The notes beneath the pieces are model-generated. The model was not told the DNA's origin, searched no databases, and saw only the letters and a program-made list of their open reading frames with translations. Positions 26,394 through 39,775 of a stretch of DNA of 64,000 bases are shown one piece after another. The position numbers and the translations under genes were made by a program. Source of the DNA: Lama glama. Lineage: Eukaryota. The first letter of the stretch is position 1; each line of letters opens with the position of its first letter. The stretch is taken from positions 72,046,001 through 72,110,000 of the forward strand of contig CM052816.1 in NCBI GenBank assembly GCA_028534125.1, in the 5' to 3' direction.

Positions 26394-27655
26394 CTTCACG
26401 TATGTGGTCAGATGCTCTCTGACAAGGGTGCCGGACCACTCAATGGGGAAAAGACAGTCTCTTCTACAGATGACGGTGGGAAAACTGGATATACACATCC
26501 AGAAGAAGGAAGTTGGACCCTTATCTTACACCGTACACGAAAATTAACTTAAAACAGAATAAAAATCTAAACATAAAACCTTAAACTATAAAATTTCTAC
26601 AAGAAAACAGGAAAAGCTCCATGACACTGGATCTGGCAGTGATTTTTTAGATATTACACCAAAGGCAACAAAACCAAAAATAGACAACAGTACTATATCA
26701 AACTTAAAACTGTTCATGCATCAAAGGACACAATCAAGAAAGCAAAAAAGCAACATGGAATGGGAGGAAATATTTGCAAATCATTTACCTGATGATAAGG
26801 GGTTAATATCCAGACTACGTAAAGAACTCCAATAACTCAACAACAAAAAAATCAAATAACTTGGTTCAAAAATGGGCAAAAGAACTGAACATACATTTAT
26901 TTTCAGAGGATATGCACATTGTCAAAAAGCACATGAAAAGATACTCATATCACTAACCACAATGAGATATTGCTTCACAACTATTAGGATGGCTATTATT
27001 AAAAGAAAACAACAGAAAATAACAAGTATTGATGAGCATATGGAGAAATTGGTATCCTTGTGCACTGCTGATGGGATTGTAAAATGGTGCATCCACTATA
27101 GAAAACAGAATGGAGTTCCCTCTAAAAGAACAGAAATTTCATATGGTCCTGCTGGAAGTGACAATCCCATTTCTGGGTATATATCCAAAAGAATTCAAGG
27201 AAGGATCTTGAAGAGATATTTGCATACCCATGTTCATAGCAGCATTATTCACAACAGCCAGGAGGTAGAAGCAACCAAAATATCCACTGATGGATGAATG
27301 GATAAACAAAATGTGGTATATACATAAAATGGAATATTATTCAGCCTGAAAAAGGACAATTCTGTCACCTGTTACAAAATGGATGAGCCTTGAGAATATT
27401 ATGCTAAGTGAAATAAGCCAGTCACTAAAAGTAAAATACTACACCTATGAATCAAATTCACAGAAACAAAGTAGAATGGGGGCTACCAGGGATAGGGGTC
27501 GGGGGAAGATGAGGGTACAGAGTTTCAGTTCTGCATGATGAAGAAGTTACGGAAATCTGTTTCACAACAATGTGAATATACTTAATACTACAGAACTGCA
27601 CACTTAAAAATGATTAATATAGTAAATTTTATGTTGTGTTTTTTACTAAACAGTA
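26394..27655 (+). mobile_element. L1 (L1M-type) ORF2 C-terminal region and 3' UTR, degraded
   Basis: Frameshifted ORF2 remnants (gacaagggtgcc...caatggggaaaagacagtctcttc; gttcatagcagcattattcaca; tgaatggataaacaaaatgtggtatatac). Confidence 0.9.
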
Positions 27656-27924
27656 AAAAAGGTACAAATGATACAATAATAACCTGAATAATGTTCCCCT
27701 TTCAATCAAATTCATATTAAACAACTTCTTCCAAAAGCTTGAAAACAATGAAAACTACCCCCAAAAATGTATATGCCCTGTTTTGCCAATAAATTCACAG
27801 TGGACTTAGTAAGTTAAAAGGCAAATAATGGATGCAGGGGTAGAGTATTTAGTTAACAGAATATTTGTGTTAACATGTCCTAACCCAGCTTCAAAGAAAT
27901 AGTGGAACTACCCTGGCAAAATTA

Positions 27925-28235
27925 CGTGCTGTCTGCCAAAGTTTCATACTCCTTCCTTCCAGGGTGTAGCGCTACTGCCTGGAAGCAACGGTTCTGCGAG
28001 AGACACTTCCACACCTTCCGTCTGTGTCAGGTCACAAGACTAGTTTTAAACAATGGGAAGTGAGTGGAAGGGGCTGAGCTGATGAAGAAAAACAGGTGCT
28101 CCTTCCTTCCTCTCTCTACCATATGGAAGACAGCACAGCCACATGGCGGGCAAAATCCAGTTCCCTCAAACGTCACGCAAAGTTGCCCAAAAAACATTCG
28201 AACCGAACAGTAGTGCTGAGTTAGAAGTCTGTCTA
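27925..28235 (+). mobile_element. MaLR MLT1-like LTR fragment
   Basis: caggtcacaagactagttttaaacaatgggaagtgagtggaag and related MLT1-like motifs. Confidence 0.45.
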
Positions 28236-29439
28236 CTTGAGCCACTTAGGACATTTTATGATTTATGTGTTAAAGGAGTTAACGTCCAGAATCTCTGAAC
28301 AAAGAAAGGCTTATATTACATGATCTGCATTTGTATGCTAATTTTCCCATGGAGTAAAATGATATACCATGAATTCTGGAAAAGAGGCAAATTTAAAATT
28401 GTAGACCAGTGGCCTTTCAAACATTTTTCTTTTTTTTTTTTTTAAGAGAATCGTGTATGAGAGCCCCAATACATAAAAAAAAAAAAACAAAATGTAGCTG
28501 CTGTTCTGGTGAAAAAGCAATATGTGGAGGCCTGGAATCCTAGCTGCTGAGAGGCCAGCATCCCAGCCCAGCCTCCTGCGGGCTCCGTTCCTCTAAGGAA
28601 CGCCCTTGAAACCTCCAGAACTCCTCAGAGCACCCCTTAACATGCAGGAGTCCACAGATGCAACAAGACTACAGAGATACTGTTTCTTTCTATTCAGGAA
28701 AACAATCCATTCCCATGTAATCTCTAGGATTATAACCAGAATATTGGGTTATCTTTTTTTTTAATTTAAAAAAAATGTAAAAGTGGTATCTCTTTTAAAG
28801 TGGTGAAAAGAATATTCTGCTTTGAGAATTCACTAAATTCTCTGACTTTTTGAGCATTCATCTTTAGAGCTGAATCACTAAACTGATCTGATCGAGTACT
28901 ATCATTATCTAATCCAAAAGTAATTTCTCTTTAAGAACCATTATTTTTAGAGATGTATTTATAACAAAGTGGGGGGAAAAGCACCTATTAGTCTATCAAC
29001 CTAGCCTGTTAACACAGTGATTTTCCTTCTAATCAATTATCTCTTATTTCTAGGCTTTGCTTCCTTCCCTTTTCAAATTACATGACAGACAATTTACAAA
29101 AATGCACAAATATTAACTCTAGTACTTGAAGAATTCTATATATATACACATACATATCCATGTAAATATACATGTACGTGTATTCATACACACACTTGTG
29201 TAAAGTTTATTTTTACAGAGCTACAAATAGCATATAATAAAGTATCTTTTTGTTTGAGCAATATTAATTTCAAGGGATGAGAAAAACTTACACATGTGAA
29301 AAAAAAATGGATGAAAAAGATCACGATTCACCATGATCAGATATACTGGAGAAACCCTCTCCATATAGGCTAGTCATTTTCTTAAGTTTCAGCAATTCTC
29401 AGAGCTCCTAATATGCAAATATGTGCATGTTGTGTGTAG

Positions 29440-30750
29440 GGACAATATTCAGCTTTATTTTTGAAATTTATTTTAATCATGGAATCATTTTTTCCCATAT
29501 CATATAATCAATGTCCTACTGTATGCATTATTTTCATTTATACCTCATTATATCGCAAATACTGTCCTTACTATTTCATCAAGTGGCTGCATCTCAGTTG
29601 AGTTCATTAGTGAAATAACTTGGTTAAGGGCGTGTGAATCCGTGAGCCCTGGGCTGTCGTGGCAATGCTTGCACCTCCGTCTAGTGAGCTGCCTGTTACA
29701 TAGCAGGCATTCGATACGTACTAAAAGAATGACCTTGTTTGTCGGATGATCATTTTTCCTACCCATCTTTGTCAATTTTATAAAATTCTTTTACATTTAG
29801 CTCCCTGTTGATTTTTAGTGAAGCTAAATATTTTCTCATGTTTCTTTGCTAATAATAGGTCCATATTTGTGAATTGTGCATTCCTTTCTTCTATTAATCT
29901 GTTAGGGTTTCCATGTTTTTCTTCTCAGTTTTTAATAGCTTTTATATGTAATTAAGCTTGTAGAAAAACATGCTTTTTCACTGTTAGCTCTTAGTGCTCA
30001 CTATTTTTTCAAGTAAAAAATGTAAAGTACATATGGACTCATATCTGTTGATATGTTTCTTTATGATTTCTTGTACCTGCATAAATGCACGAGCCTGCTG
30101 CACCACCTGTGCTGTGCATGCTTAATTTGACTAGCCTCTAGTTTTATATAGAATTTTTAAGCAGAAGTTTCCTTTAAGCCATCAGGAATCTTCTTTTGCA
30201 CACAGCTTTGCACACAGAACTAAGCTGGTTTTTTCCCCATGTTGCAGGTCATCTGTTCTCACTTCACTAAACCATTTTTATTTTACAACATGATGAGATA
30301 CCTCTTTTAATATTTATTAAGTGTACTTATAACTTGACCTATTTTGGGGATAATCTGCCTTTCTCCTCTCTGCCAGTACCATATTTTGTTAAAACATCAT
30401 AGGATTACATAATATGGTTTCGTATACAGTTGGCCAAGTCTCCCTTGATTAACATTCATTATTTTTTAAGCTTCTGTAATTTTTTTTCTTACAGATTTAT
30501 TAGTAATTCAGTCAGGTTCTATAAATGAACAAAAATTGATTGAAATTTTAATGAAATTGCATGAAGTAATAAATTCTGGCATCTTCACAATCTATTTTTT
30601 TCCTTTCCAGAAACATGGCAGGCTACTCTACTTCCAAGTTGTTTATTTGTCTTTGTATCTTTCTTCCTATGTCATAAATACTGCTGTTGTAAAGTTGAAT
30701 TCTCTCTTTTTATTGTATGTTCTGCCCATTATCTTTTTACCTAAGTTTTA
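29440..30750 (-). mobile_element. Ancient L1 (L1ME-like) antisense fragments
   Basis: T-rich degraded antisense L1 motifs (gtgaattgtgcattcc, tgccagtaccata, ttgattgaaattttaatgaaattgcatgaa, ggcatcttcacaat). Confidence 0.5.
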
Positions 30751-31083
30751 AAAATAAATTGGCTCCCATTTTACTGCATATAATTTCACGAATAAATTTT
30801 ACATAAGGCATGTGTGCAAAGGTTTGAGTATCTCAACTTTACCATGTAAGAAAGAAACGCAATTATTTTTCAAAGAACAGAAAATTGGTTTAATTTCTCC
30901 TCTTGGGCAATTGCAAAAGGACAAAACTCATATTAGATAAAGTTGGCAAGACTTAGCTTCTATCTAAAAATATCAAATGCTGGTTTGCTTTTCTAATCTA
31001 TCAACAAACTAAGAAGTTAACTAGTAGATCAGAAAACATTTTTCAAATCAATATATGGACTAATCAGTGTCAGGTGTTACTAC

Positions 31084-31176
31084 CTGAGCTCCAGTTGCTA
31101 TTTCATCAGCAGCTTCATTCATGACTCCCAGGGTTTGAAAAGCAAATACACACAGCTCTCGTTCACACACGGTAGG
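31084..31176 (-). CDS. PARP8: PARP8 exon ~15: PTVCERELCVFAFQTLGVMNEAADEIATGAQ
   Basis: ttgtag| ... CAG|GTAGTA; 93 nt. Confidence 0.97.
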
Positions 31177-31309
31177 CTACAAAAGAAAGGGGAATCCAGT
31201 CACCATTTTTCCTCATCTTCCAATTCCTAAATTAAATGTGTAACATTCTTTATGTGTATAGAAAATGTTTTAGAATGTTAAAAAAGAAGAAATGTTATAT
31301 AAATGTTAA

Positions 31310-32250
31310 TTTACAACAGCCAAGACATGGAAGCAATCTAAGTGCCCACTGATAGATGAATGGATAAAGAAGATGTGGTATGTATAAATACAGTGGAATA
31401 TTACTCAGCTTTAAAAAAGAATGAAATATTGCCATCTGCAAGAACATGGATGGACCAAGAGAGTATTATGCTAACTGAAATAAGTCAGACAGAGAAAGAC
31501 AAATACTGCATGATTTCACTTATATGTTGCACCTAAAAAACAAAACAAATGAACAAACTTAACAAAACAGAAACAGAGTCATAGATACAGAGAACAAACC
31601 AGGTCATTATCAGAAGGGAGGTAGGTGGGGGGATGACAAAAATAGGTGAGGCAGACTAAGAAGTACAAACTTCCAGTTATCAAATACATGAGCCACAGGG
31701 ATGAAATGTACAGTGTGAGGAATGTAGTCAGTAATAATGAGTATCTCTGTATGGTGACAGATGGTAGCTACACTTTTCGTGGTGATCATTTTGTAATGTA
31801 GAGAAACATTCAATCACTATATTGTGCACCAGGAATTAACAAAGTGTTGTATGTACATAGGCAATTATACTTCAAAAACAAACAAGTCCATAGAAAAAGA
31901 GATCAGATTTGTTACCGCAGGCAGTGGGGTCGGGGGAGGAGAATTGGATAAAGGGAGTCAAAAGGTACAAACCTCCAGTTATAAAATAAATAACTACTAG
32001 GGATATAATGTACAACATAATTAACACTTTTGTTTGTTACATGTGCAAGTTGATGGTAAATCCTAAGAGTTCTCATTACAGGGAAAAATACTTTTTTCCC
32101 ATTTTCTTTTATTTTGTATTAATATGAGATGATGAATGTTCACTAAACTCACTGTGGTCATCACTTCATGATACATGGAAGCCAAATCATTATGCTGTAC
32201 ACCTTAAACATATACAGTGCTGTATGTCAATTACATCTCAATAAAACTGG
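31310..32250 (+). mobile_element. L1 ORF2 end plus long 3' UTR
   Basis: agccaagacatggaagcaatctaagtgcccactgatagatgaatggataaagaagatgtgg... ending tacatctcaataaaactgg. Confidence 0.9.
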
Positions 32251-32461
32251 AGGAAGCAAAAGGGAAGAAATACCACTCTACTTAAAAAAATTAAATTTCT
32301 AAATGTAGGTAACAATTAGTAAATAATCATTTAATGATATAGAGTCACACTATGATAAAAAATCCATTTCAGTTAGTTTTAGGCACTTGCATTTGGAATG
32401 ATTTAACAATAGACGAAAGTATCCTTAAAAATGGAAAGTCCATCTCACCTGCTTAATACAC

Positions 32462-32523
32462 ATTTGCACATGAGATGTATAACAAATAAGCAGATACCTC
32501 AGCTGGTGATCTACTGAAAAATG
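32462..32523 (+). repeat. 62-bp direct repeat, copy 1
   Basis: 57/62 identical to 33930-33991 by manual alignment. Confidence 0.9.
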
Positions 32524-33736
32524 AGGTCAAACCCCAAAGCTGTGTAAACAAATTTACAAAAGAGAGTTCCATTTCTTCCTAGGTAATTTGCTCTGGAAAA
32601 GATAAGCATGACTCTGCTTACTTGCTACCCAGCTCTTGAAAGATTGGTTTTGTTGCGAAGACTTTTGACTTCAGTAACCTCCTGAAGTCAACGGCACTGA
32701 AATATACACTCTGCAATTGCTTTGGAAGAGCTCTCATCTTTCAAATCTAATACAGTGTCATCTGTTTGATTTATCTTATCTCCCGAGTTACATTGCATTA
32801 GGTAGCTGATGAAGCCGAACACGATGCAGCCCGCGGTGCCCAGCACAGCAGACAGACGCATTTGTTAGTGCCACTGCTCCTATGCTCACTCATTTCAGAG
32901 GCGGTTTCATCTACTGCTTAACTAGTAGGCAAGGATGGCCCTGTGCCGAGCATCCTTTACGTTCACAATGAGCCCACACGGTGGCTTTGTAGAAAAAACG
33001 CATGACCAATCACACAAACATTTCTGATTGACATTTCCCCAAAGAGAATTTTTGGAAAAAAATAAATTGGTATATTTCCTTTGTCAGCCTTAAATGGACA
33101 GTCTGATTCCATTTCAGAAACACCAGAAAAAACTATCTTTGGGAGGAAATTAATTAGAGAAAGTTCTTCATCCAGACTTAAGTTATATACTGCTGTGTAT
33201 GTTTGGATATACTCTTCAACTTCCGCTACTTTTACTTTAGTGTTTAGCCTATTCTTAATCTTTTGTGTGTGTGTGTTTATCTATGTGCATATATGTTTCC
33301 ACCTCAACTTCCCCCACTGACACTGGGTTTTTTGTTCACTTTCTGGGAATATGGTGTGGTCTGAAATTATAACAGCAGCCATTTTATTGCACATTTACTA
33401 TAGTGTCAAATGCTGCACTAGTGTTTGAGTACAGTGAGACTGTATACAAACAAGACTCTAGGGGAAGATCAACCTTGGAAATCATAAAAGGCCATAGGAA
33501 TTAATTCTTATATCGGATACCCAAAGTTCCCTGAGGAAGTAAACAGAGACATGGAAGGTACTTTGTTTTAATAACACTATTGCCAAATAAGCATACACTT
33601 TTTAAATGACTAAAATCCATCAATTTCAAAGCTGAATAACAGGATAAGGCTCATTTAGTATATATAAGTAATGCTTGGCTTTTTTTTTTATTTGAATCTT
33701 GGACAGCTAATTATACTTATTTTGAGATCATTCAAA

Positions 33737-33815
33737 TATATACACACACACATATACATATATATATACATACACACATATACATATATATATACACACA
33801 CACATATATATATGC
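33737..33815. repeat. Compound (TA)n/(CA)n microsatellite
   Basis: tatatacacacacacatatacatatatatatacatacac... Confidence 0.9.
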
Positions 33816-33929
33816 ATGTGTATTCATACTCATATTCCAGGGGATATAATGGTAGAAACTACCTTTTTGGAATCAAACTGTTGCCTTAAACAATATAAAT
33901 GAAAATGAAACAAAATACTCTGCTATACT

Positions 33930-33991
33930 ATTTGCACATGAGATGTATAAAAAATAAGCAGATACCTAACCTGGTGATATACTAAAAAATG
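33930..33991 (+). repeat. 62-bp direct repeat, copy 2
   Basis: 57/62 identical to 32462-32523. Confidence 0.9.
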
Positions 33992-36900
33992 GAAGATAAT
34001 TTTTTGAAATTTTAATATTCCAGCAGCACACTTTGTCCCCAATCCTAGGTATTCATGTGCCAGGCTGACTTTGTCTCAAACGATGTTTACCAATTTCGCC
34101 CAGACCTCCCATGCTTTATCATGGGTCACAAATGAGTAATAGTTCAATGTTCCCTGCGATGCTTTCTCCCACGTTACTGTTTCATCCCCCTCCCAGACGT
34201 GTTTATATATTCAAACTTCTAAATCTCCAAATCACATGGACTTACCCACTGACCCATTATTTTAAACAACAAACCTACATTCCTAATGATAAATTTATGG
34301 CTTAATTACTTTACATACACTTTTTTTTCTTTCTCACTGTTTTGTTTTTTTTTTGGCTAAAAAATGGCCTTTCTTCCCATAGTCAAATGTGCAAGGCTTA
34401 TTTCTAGGAATATCCTGTTACTGCAGCTGTTTGAAGAAGGAAATCAGGTACCCTAAAAAACTTGCTTTGCAGGGAGAAGAGGAAATTTGGCTATTATACT
34501 GAAAAATTCGAAGTAGAACTACATATTGCATTCTTATAAAAATAATTTTATCTTTCTTTCTTTTTAAAATAGGAACTTCTGAGGTAGGAATATTGCAAGT
34601 AAGTTACATACTATACTAACACCATAGTAAGTAAATGCCAATGAATTTTTATAATAACAGTTTTCTACCTAGCACTCATTCTGACTAGATTGCTCAACAG
34701 CGTATTCGAGACATAAATGAGCTTAATTTTGAGATAACCATTTGCCAACTAGTTTTTGCAGATTACTACTCCTCCCAGGTTTATCTACATTTGAGGGAGG
34801 TTCACAATGTCAACACAAGGTGGCGCACTAAAAGTTCGCACCTTAATTAGTAATCAAGATTAGATGTCTCACTGCTCACAGAAAGGACGTCTTACTCAAG
34901 GAAAGAAACTGATTCATTCCTTTTTAATAAAACAAGCAGTTATATTGTAATTAGTATTCTCCCACACTGAGCCGACTGCCAGCCAATCCCCTGCCCCCAA
35001 CAAATTCTGCTATACCTATATTATTTGCACAGAAAACTCCAGCATCAATTTAAAATAGAACACAGTCACTGAGTAACTACTGCTGGATAAGTGAAATTGT
35101 GTTTTATTACACATACTTTAATACAAAGTATGTATGCCTAAGTATAGCCAAAAATATACACTATTTACTAATTCATTCGAGCTTACAATAAGTCTATCAG
35201 TTTCAATTTATAAAACATTATCTATTCTTAATGTTACATTAGTATATTGCCTTCAAGTGATTAGTCCCTATGATTTAAACTGTAAAACCATGGCAAGTCC
35301 CTCATGCCATTATACTATAGAGTCTATTTGCGACATAATATTCATTACGCACCATTTAAAAACATGGGGAACTTTATATATCCTTAAGATTCCTTTTAGA
35401 AGTTTTTAAGCTAAGGTGAATACATTTTTAATTTTATTTGAATTAAAGCAATTTAAACGTGAGCAGTAAAAGCATGTTTCAAAAAATGGTTTGAAGCCCT
35501 AAAGAGTATTTTAGAACCTAACTGTATTTTAGAAACTCTGTGTTTTCAATGGATTTATAATACTTCCTATATTACTTCCTATGGCAAACAGAAATGACAC
35601 AACTCAAGAGAATCTAGCTATGAATTTATATATAGCACAGTGTAGGTGAGTGGCTTTCAAATCTTTTTTTGCCATGGTCTTTTTGTTCAAATGAAATATT
35701 TCATATAAGCCCAAAATATAAAACAGATAAAAGTGGCTATTGTTCCAGCTGGAGCATATGTGATCTGTTCGGTTTTCCTATCTATCAAACAGGGATAAAA
35801 TCAGATCCAGCTTCCCAGGTTGATACGAGGACCTAGTGAGAAAGAGAACCAAGTGAGATAAGATTTATAAAATCTCCTTGAAGTATAGGGAGCTGTTTAA
35901 ATAGTAGAAGTATTAGGTAACCTGGATAAGCTGCCCCTTCTACATGTTTTAACCCAATGTGTACCCCAAAATAAGCGTTTAAAAAGAATTTCCATTGAAG
36001 TACATTATGAGGTATTCATACTCATGATTTATCAAAACTCTTAATTTGTTGCTAGTGTATTTCTTGCTAAAAAGAAGTGAGCGATGTAAATATAACTTCA
36101 TAATTTAAAAACTATGGTTGAAAACCTATGAGAAGAATTGAGTATCTACTAGAAATACTTAACCTACCGGCCTTTAATTCTCTGTATTTCCAGTTTTAAC
36201 AGCCAATACTCTGGGCTCCTTTCATGGTTTGAAAGAGAGACACATTTGAGGTAGGAAAAGATGCAGTGCCCACCAAGGAAGACAGGAATCTCTCAGGGAT
36301 GAAAGATGCATGAGACAGGATGATCAGCCTGATTTGGTCTCCACACAAGGTGATGCTTATCGTCTTGTAAAACTAAAGTTGTTGTTTGAACATTAAAATC
36401 AATTTCTGCTCAATTTGGATGTAAAAAGAATTGTATCTTTGAACTAAAAGTTTTTTGTCATAATTATTACTTAGCTTAGCCTGTTAAGTTGAAATGTTAA
36501 TTTCTGTGACTTGGAGGGAGGGGAGAAAGTAGGCTGTGCTTTTTCATCTATCCTTCAAATATTAAAGTCAGACCTAAGCACAAGAAGACCTACCTGTTTC
36601 CCTCTTAGAAGGTAAAATGCGACATACCCAGGTTTACCTGCATGCTCAGGTTCTCAAGAACAGGCATGGGAATGCCTTAAACTATGACCAAATTATAGCT
36701 GGGCATTGCTCTTTTCCCTCTGAATATAAGAACCTGAGTTACAAACATTTGTCTAAGGTCCACAGCAAGATGGGATTACACAAAAATATTAGATTCTCAG
36801 GTTTCTCTGACTTGGCTTTAGGAGGATCGGGCATTGTTCTCAAGAGGTGACAACAGAATCTCAGGCCTGGTGAATCCAGAGCAAGTAACCTGGGACACTT

Positions 36901-38514
36901 CCACGTGGCAGGAGAAGAGAATGAGATCATAATTCTCATATCATATCCTGTGGGAAACAGGAAAGTCTATTTGCCAGGGACACACAGATTGAGTGTCAAG
37001 TCTCACCGACAAAGTTTCAGCTCTGTAGGGCTACTAAATCCACATGGCCAAGTGAGTGGTCTCCTCTGGGTACCGGGAGCTGAGCAGCTCACACACAGGG
37101 TTCAGAAAGACAGACACCTGCACTGATCCAGGACTGGGATGTTTAAGGCGTGTAACAAAAAGACCAGGACACTAGGAATTCACAAGCTGATAAAAACAGT
37201 GATAGTTCTGGCAGTAAATCTTTGTTTTCCTGTTTTGCAAAAACACTTGGTGAAGACCAAAATCAACATTTTAAAGCAACTCCAAAACAGTTTGCCACAT
37301 TAACACTCTAGTTGATTCCAAAAATGTACAGTGCCAGTGACTTGGTTTGGGTTTGGTTTTCTGATCACAATCCAAATGGCACTGCCGAACTGGAGTTCTG
37401 GGACTCTACACAACCCTCCTGATAATGTGAGTTTTATGCAGATTCAAAGTATTACACGTCAGGACTCACACCTGAGAGTGTTCATAACCTTTGCAAACAA
37501 AAGAGAAAATCGGAGCATTGTGGTTATTTCTAAGTAAGGAGTTTAGTTCCTCATGTTGCAGGAAGTGTGACACGCTCACTCAGACCTCCGAGTAAAGTGG
37601 CAGAACAGTAAAGCAGTGGCTAAAATTTTAGGACTTTTGGGAAGTAGGGGTAAAAGGAGACTTATGTCATTTAAAAAACAATCAAGGCTTGAAGGAAAAG
37701 AGAAAAATATAAGAAACAGTCTGAATTTTGACAAAGAAAAGTGTACCAATCTAATAAACACTGGGCATAGAATTCTATGGAAACTGGGTTTTATCTAACC
37801 TATTTAGTCACTTACGGGGCTATAATTTATCCTTTTTATATCTTGAGGATTTACTGCAGTTTTCAGTGTGTTATATGGGCTGAGTAAGTGGCCAATGAGT
37901 CAGTTTATCAATTAATACCCCATAAGAAATTGTATTTGTAATAATTTTTATAAATTATTGAAATTATGCATAATGCATTGAAATTACAGCAAAACATACT
38001 GCAGCATAAATATACAGATATAGAAAAAAAACGATATGCCTGGTTTAGGTGGAATATCCATTTAACACAACCAGAGGACAGTTCTCTTTACCTCTCTCTT
38101 CCTTTGAACATGAGATGTTTCTTCATTTTCATTTCCTGATCTGATTTCGTATGTCATTTATCTTACTATTTACAAAGCCAAAGCAAGCTTTCTGATTTCC
38201 TTAGATATCAGTCTGAATCACAGCAACATAAAACCACCTGATAACCAGCTATATTTCTCTAGAAAATGTTGTTTCCTTTCCTGTTTACAAAAGCACTTCC
38301 ATTTCTAGAAAGAGATAGCAAATTTCATTGGTGCAGAAAGATGTAAAGTAAAACAGAATTCGGAGCAAGGCACAGAGAATACTAAAATCAACTGTGATCT
38401 TTCTATCACTTATTATTGGAATGAACTGCCAGTGATTAAACCACAAAGAGCAAACTCCCAAAACATGCGTGGTAAATTCCCAGGACGTAAAAGTAGTCAA
38501 TTCAAGTACACAAG

Positions 38515-38770
38515 TCAAGAGTAGCATCGTGATTAAAGCCCAGCACTTCGGTGCCATTCTGCCAGGGTTCAAATCCTGTCCCTGTGACTTACTAGCAGTG
38601 TGACATTAAAAAAAAAATCACTGTTTTCTTTCTCTGTAAAGCAGGGATAGTATTAATACTGGCCTCATAAACTTATTATGAGGATTAGATAAAATAATCC
38701 ATGTAAAGCACTTCAGACACATGACATAAAAAGCACTCGAGAAACGTGTGCCATTTTAACATTACTATTC
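38515..38770 (+). mobile_element. MIR SINE, near full length
   Basis: gtagcatcgtgattaaag...gggttcaaatcctg...acttactagcagtgtgac...ctgtaaagcagggatag...gtaaagcacttcag. Confidence 0.85.
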
Positions 38771-39528
38771 TCTCCTGTAGTGAAACGGCATTGCCGTGGG
38801 TCAAGCAATGAATCAAGATCCACAGATGCACACGGACAAAATAAAAATGGGCCTCCTCATTGGGATTAACTGAGGTGACCAAAGGATTCTCCCCTCATCT
38901 CATCATAACTATATGTTTCCGTGTATCAAATAAAAATAACAGACTTGCTCAAATATTGAATAAAATAAATGCTGAGTTAGTTAATCTGGGTTTCAGAATA
39001 ACAGTATTTCTCTGATGGGGATAACTGACTGCTAAAAAATAGCACATGGGTAGTAAGAAAAAAAACTTTTTAAAATATATGTTTCCCATAAACAAATACA
39101 ATGAAACAGATATATCATATACCCTGAGAGATGATTATGCTCATACATGGCTTTTATATATGTTCTTTAAAGTATAAATCTTGAAATACAAAAAGCGTTC
39201 TAATAAAACGGTATTCTATGCTTTGTAATTTATCTTTTCAAACATATACTCCTAAGGACAGGACAAATTTCTCTTTAAAAGTGCCACAGAATCTAGCATG
39301 GTGCCTTATACTTATAAAGCCTTCAGTAAGTGTTTATGATACAGTTTTGAAGTCAGACAGAATCAGACTCCTTCAGAAACAGTGATTCGTCAAAATTATA
39401 CAACTTTGTGTGTTAAATAATTGGCTCAAAAGAGTATTTATGTAAATGTAGTTATTTACTTATTTATTTTTATGTCTTAACCCTTTTCATTTATAGTCAA
39501 AACTGACATTTCACCAATGAGAGCTTAC

Positions 39529-39624
39529 CCGAAGCATGGGGCCATTCTGAAACACATGTGGCTCATCGCAAACCACACAGTACTCATTCAACACAGGGAT
39601 CCGCTGCTCGGCAAACTCAATTGT
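39529..39624 (-). CDS. PARP8: PARP8 exon ~14: TIEFAEQRIPVLNEYCVVCDEPHVFQNGPMLR
   Basis: tttcag| ... CGG|GTAAGC; 96 nt. Confidence 0.97.
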
Positions 39625-39724
39625 CTGAAAGAGACAATAAAGAGAAATAATTAAGTCAAGCTCATGAACGATTTCACACTAAAGGCTAGACTATTTCTAC
39701 AGTGGATGGAGGCTTGGCTCATAC

Positions 39725-39775
39725 CTGCACTAGGAAGCCACGGTCTCGTATTGGAATGCATTTGGCACCATTTGG
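39725..39775 (-). CDS. PARP8: PARP8 exon ~13: PNGAKCIPIRDRGFLVQ
   Basis: ttatag| ... CAG|GTATGA; 51 nt. Confidence 0.96.

Noticed and set aside
26872..27297. 141-aa ORF
   Set aside because: Frameshifted remnant of L1 ORF2, not a gene.
34236..34290. Isolated strong donor TGG|GTAAGT in intron 14
   Set aside because: No convincing upstream acceptor; such motifs occur by chance in long introns.
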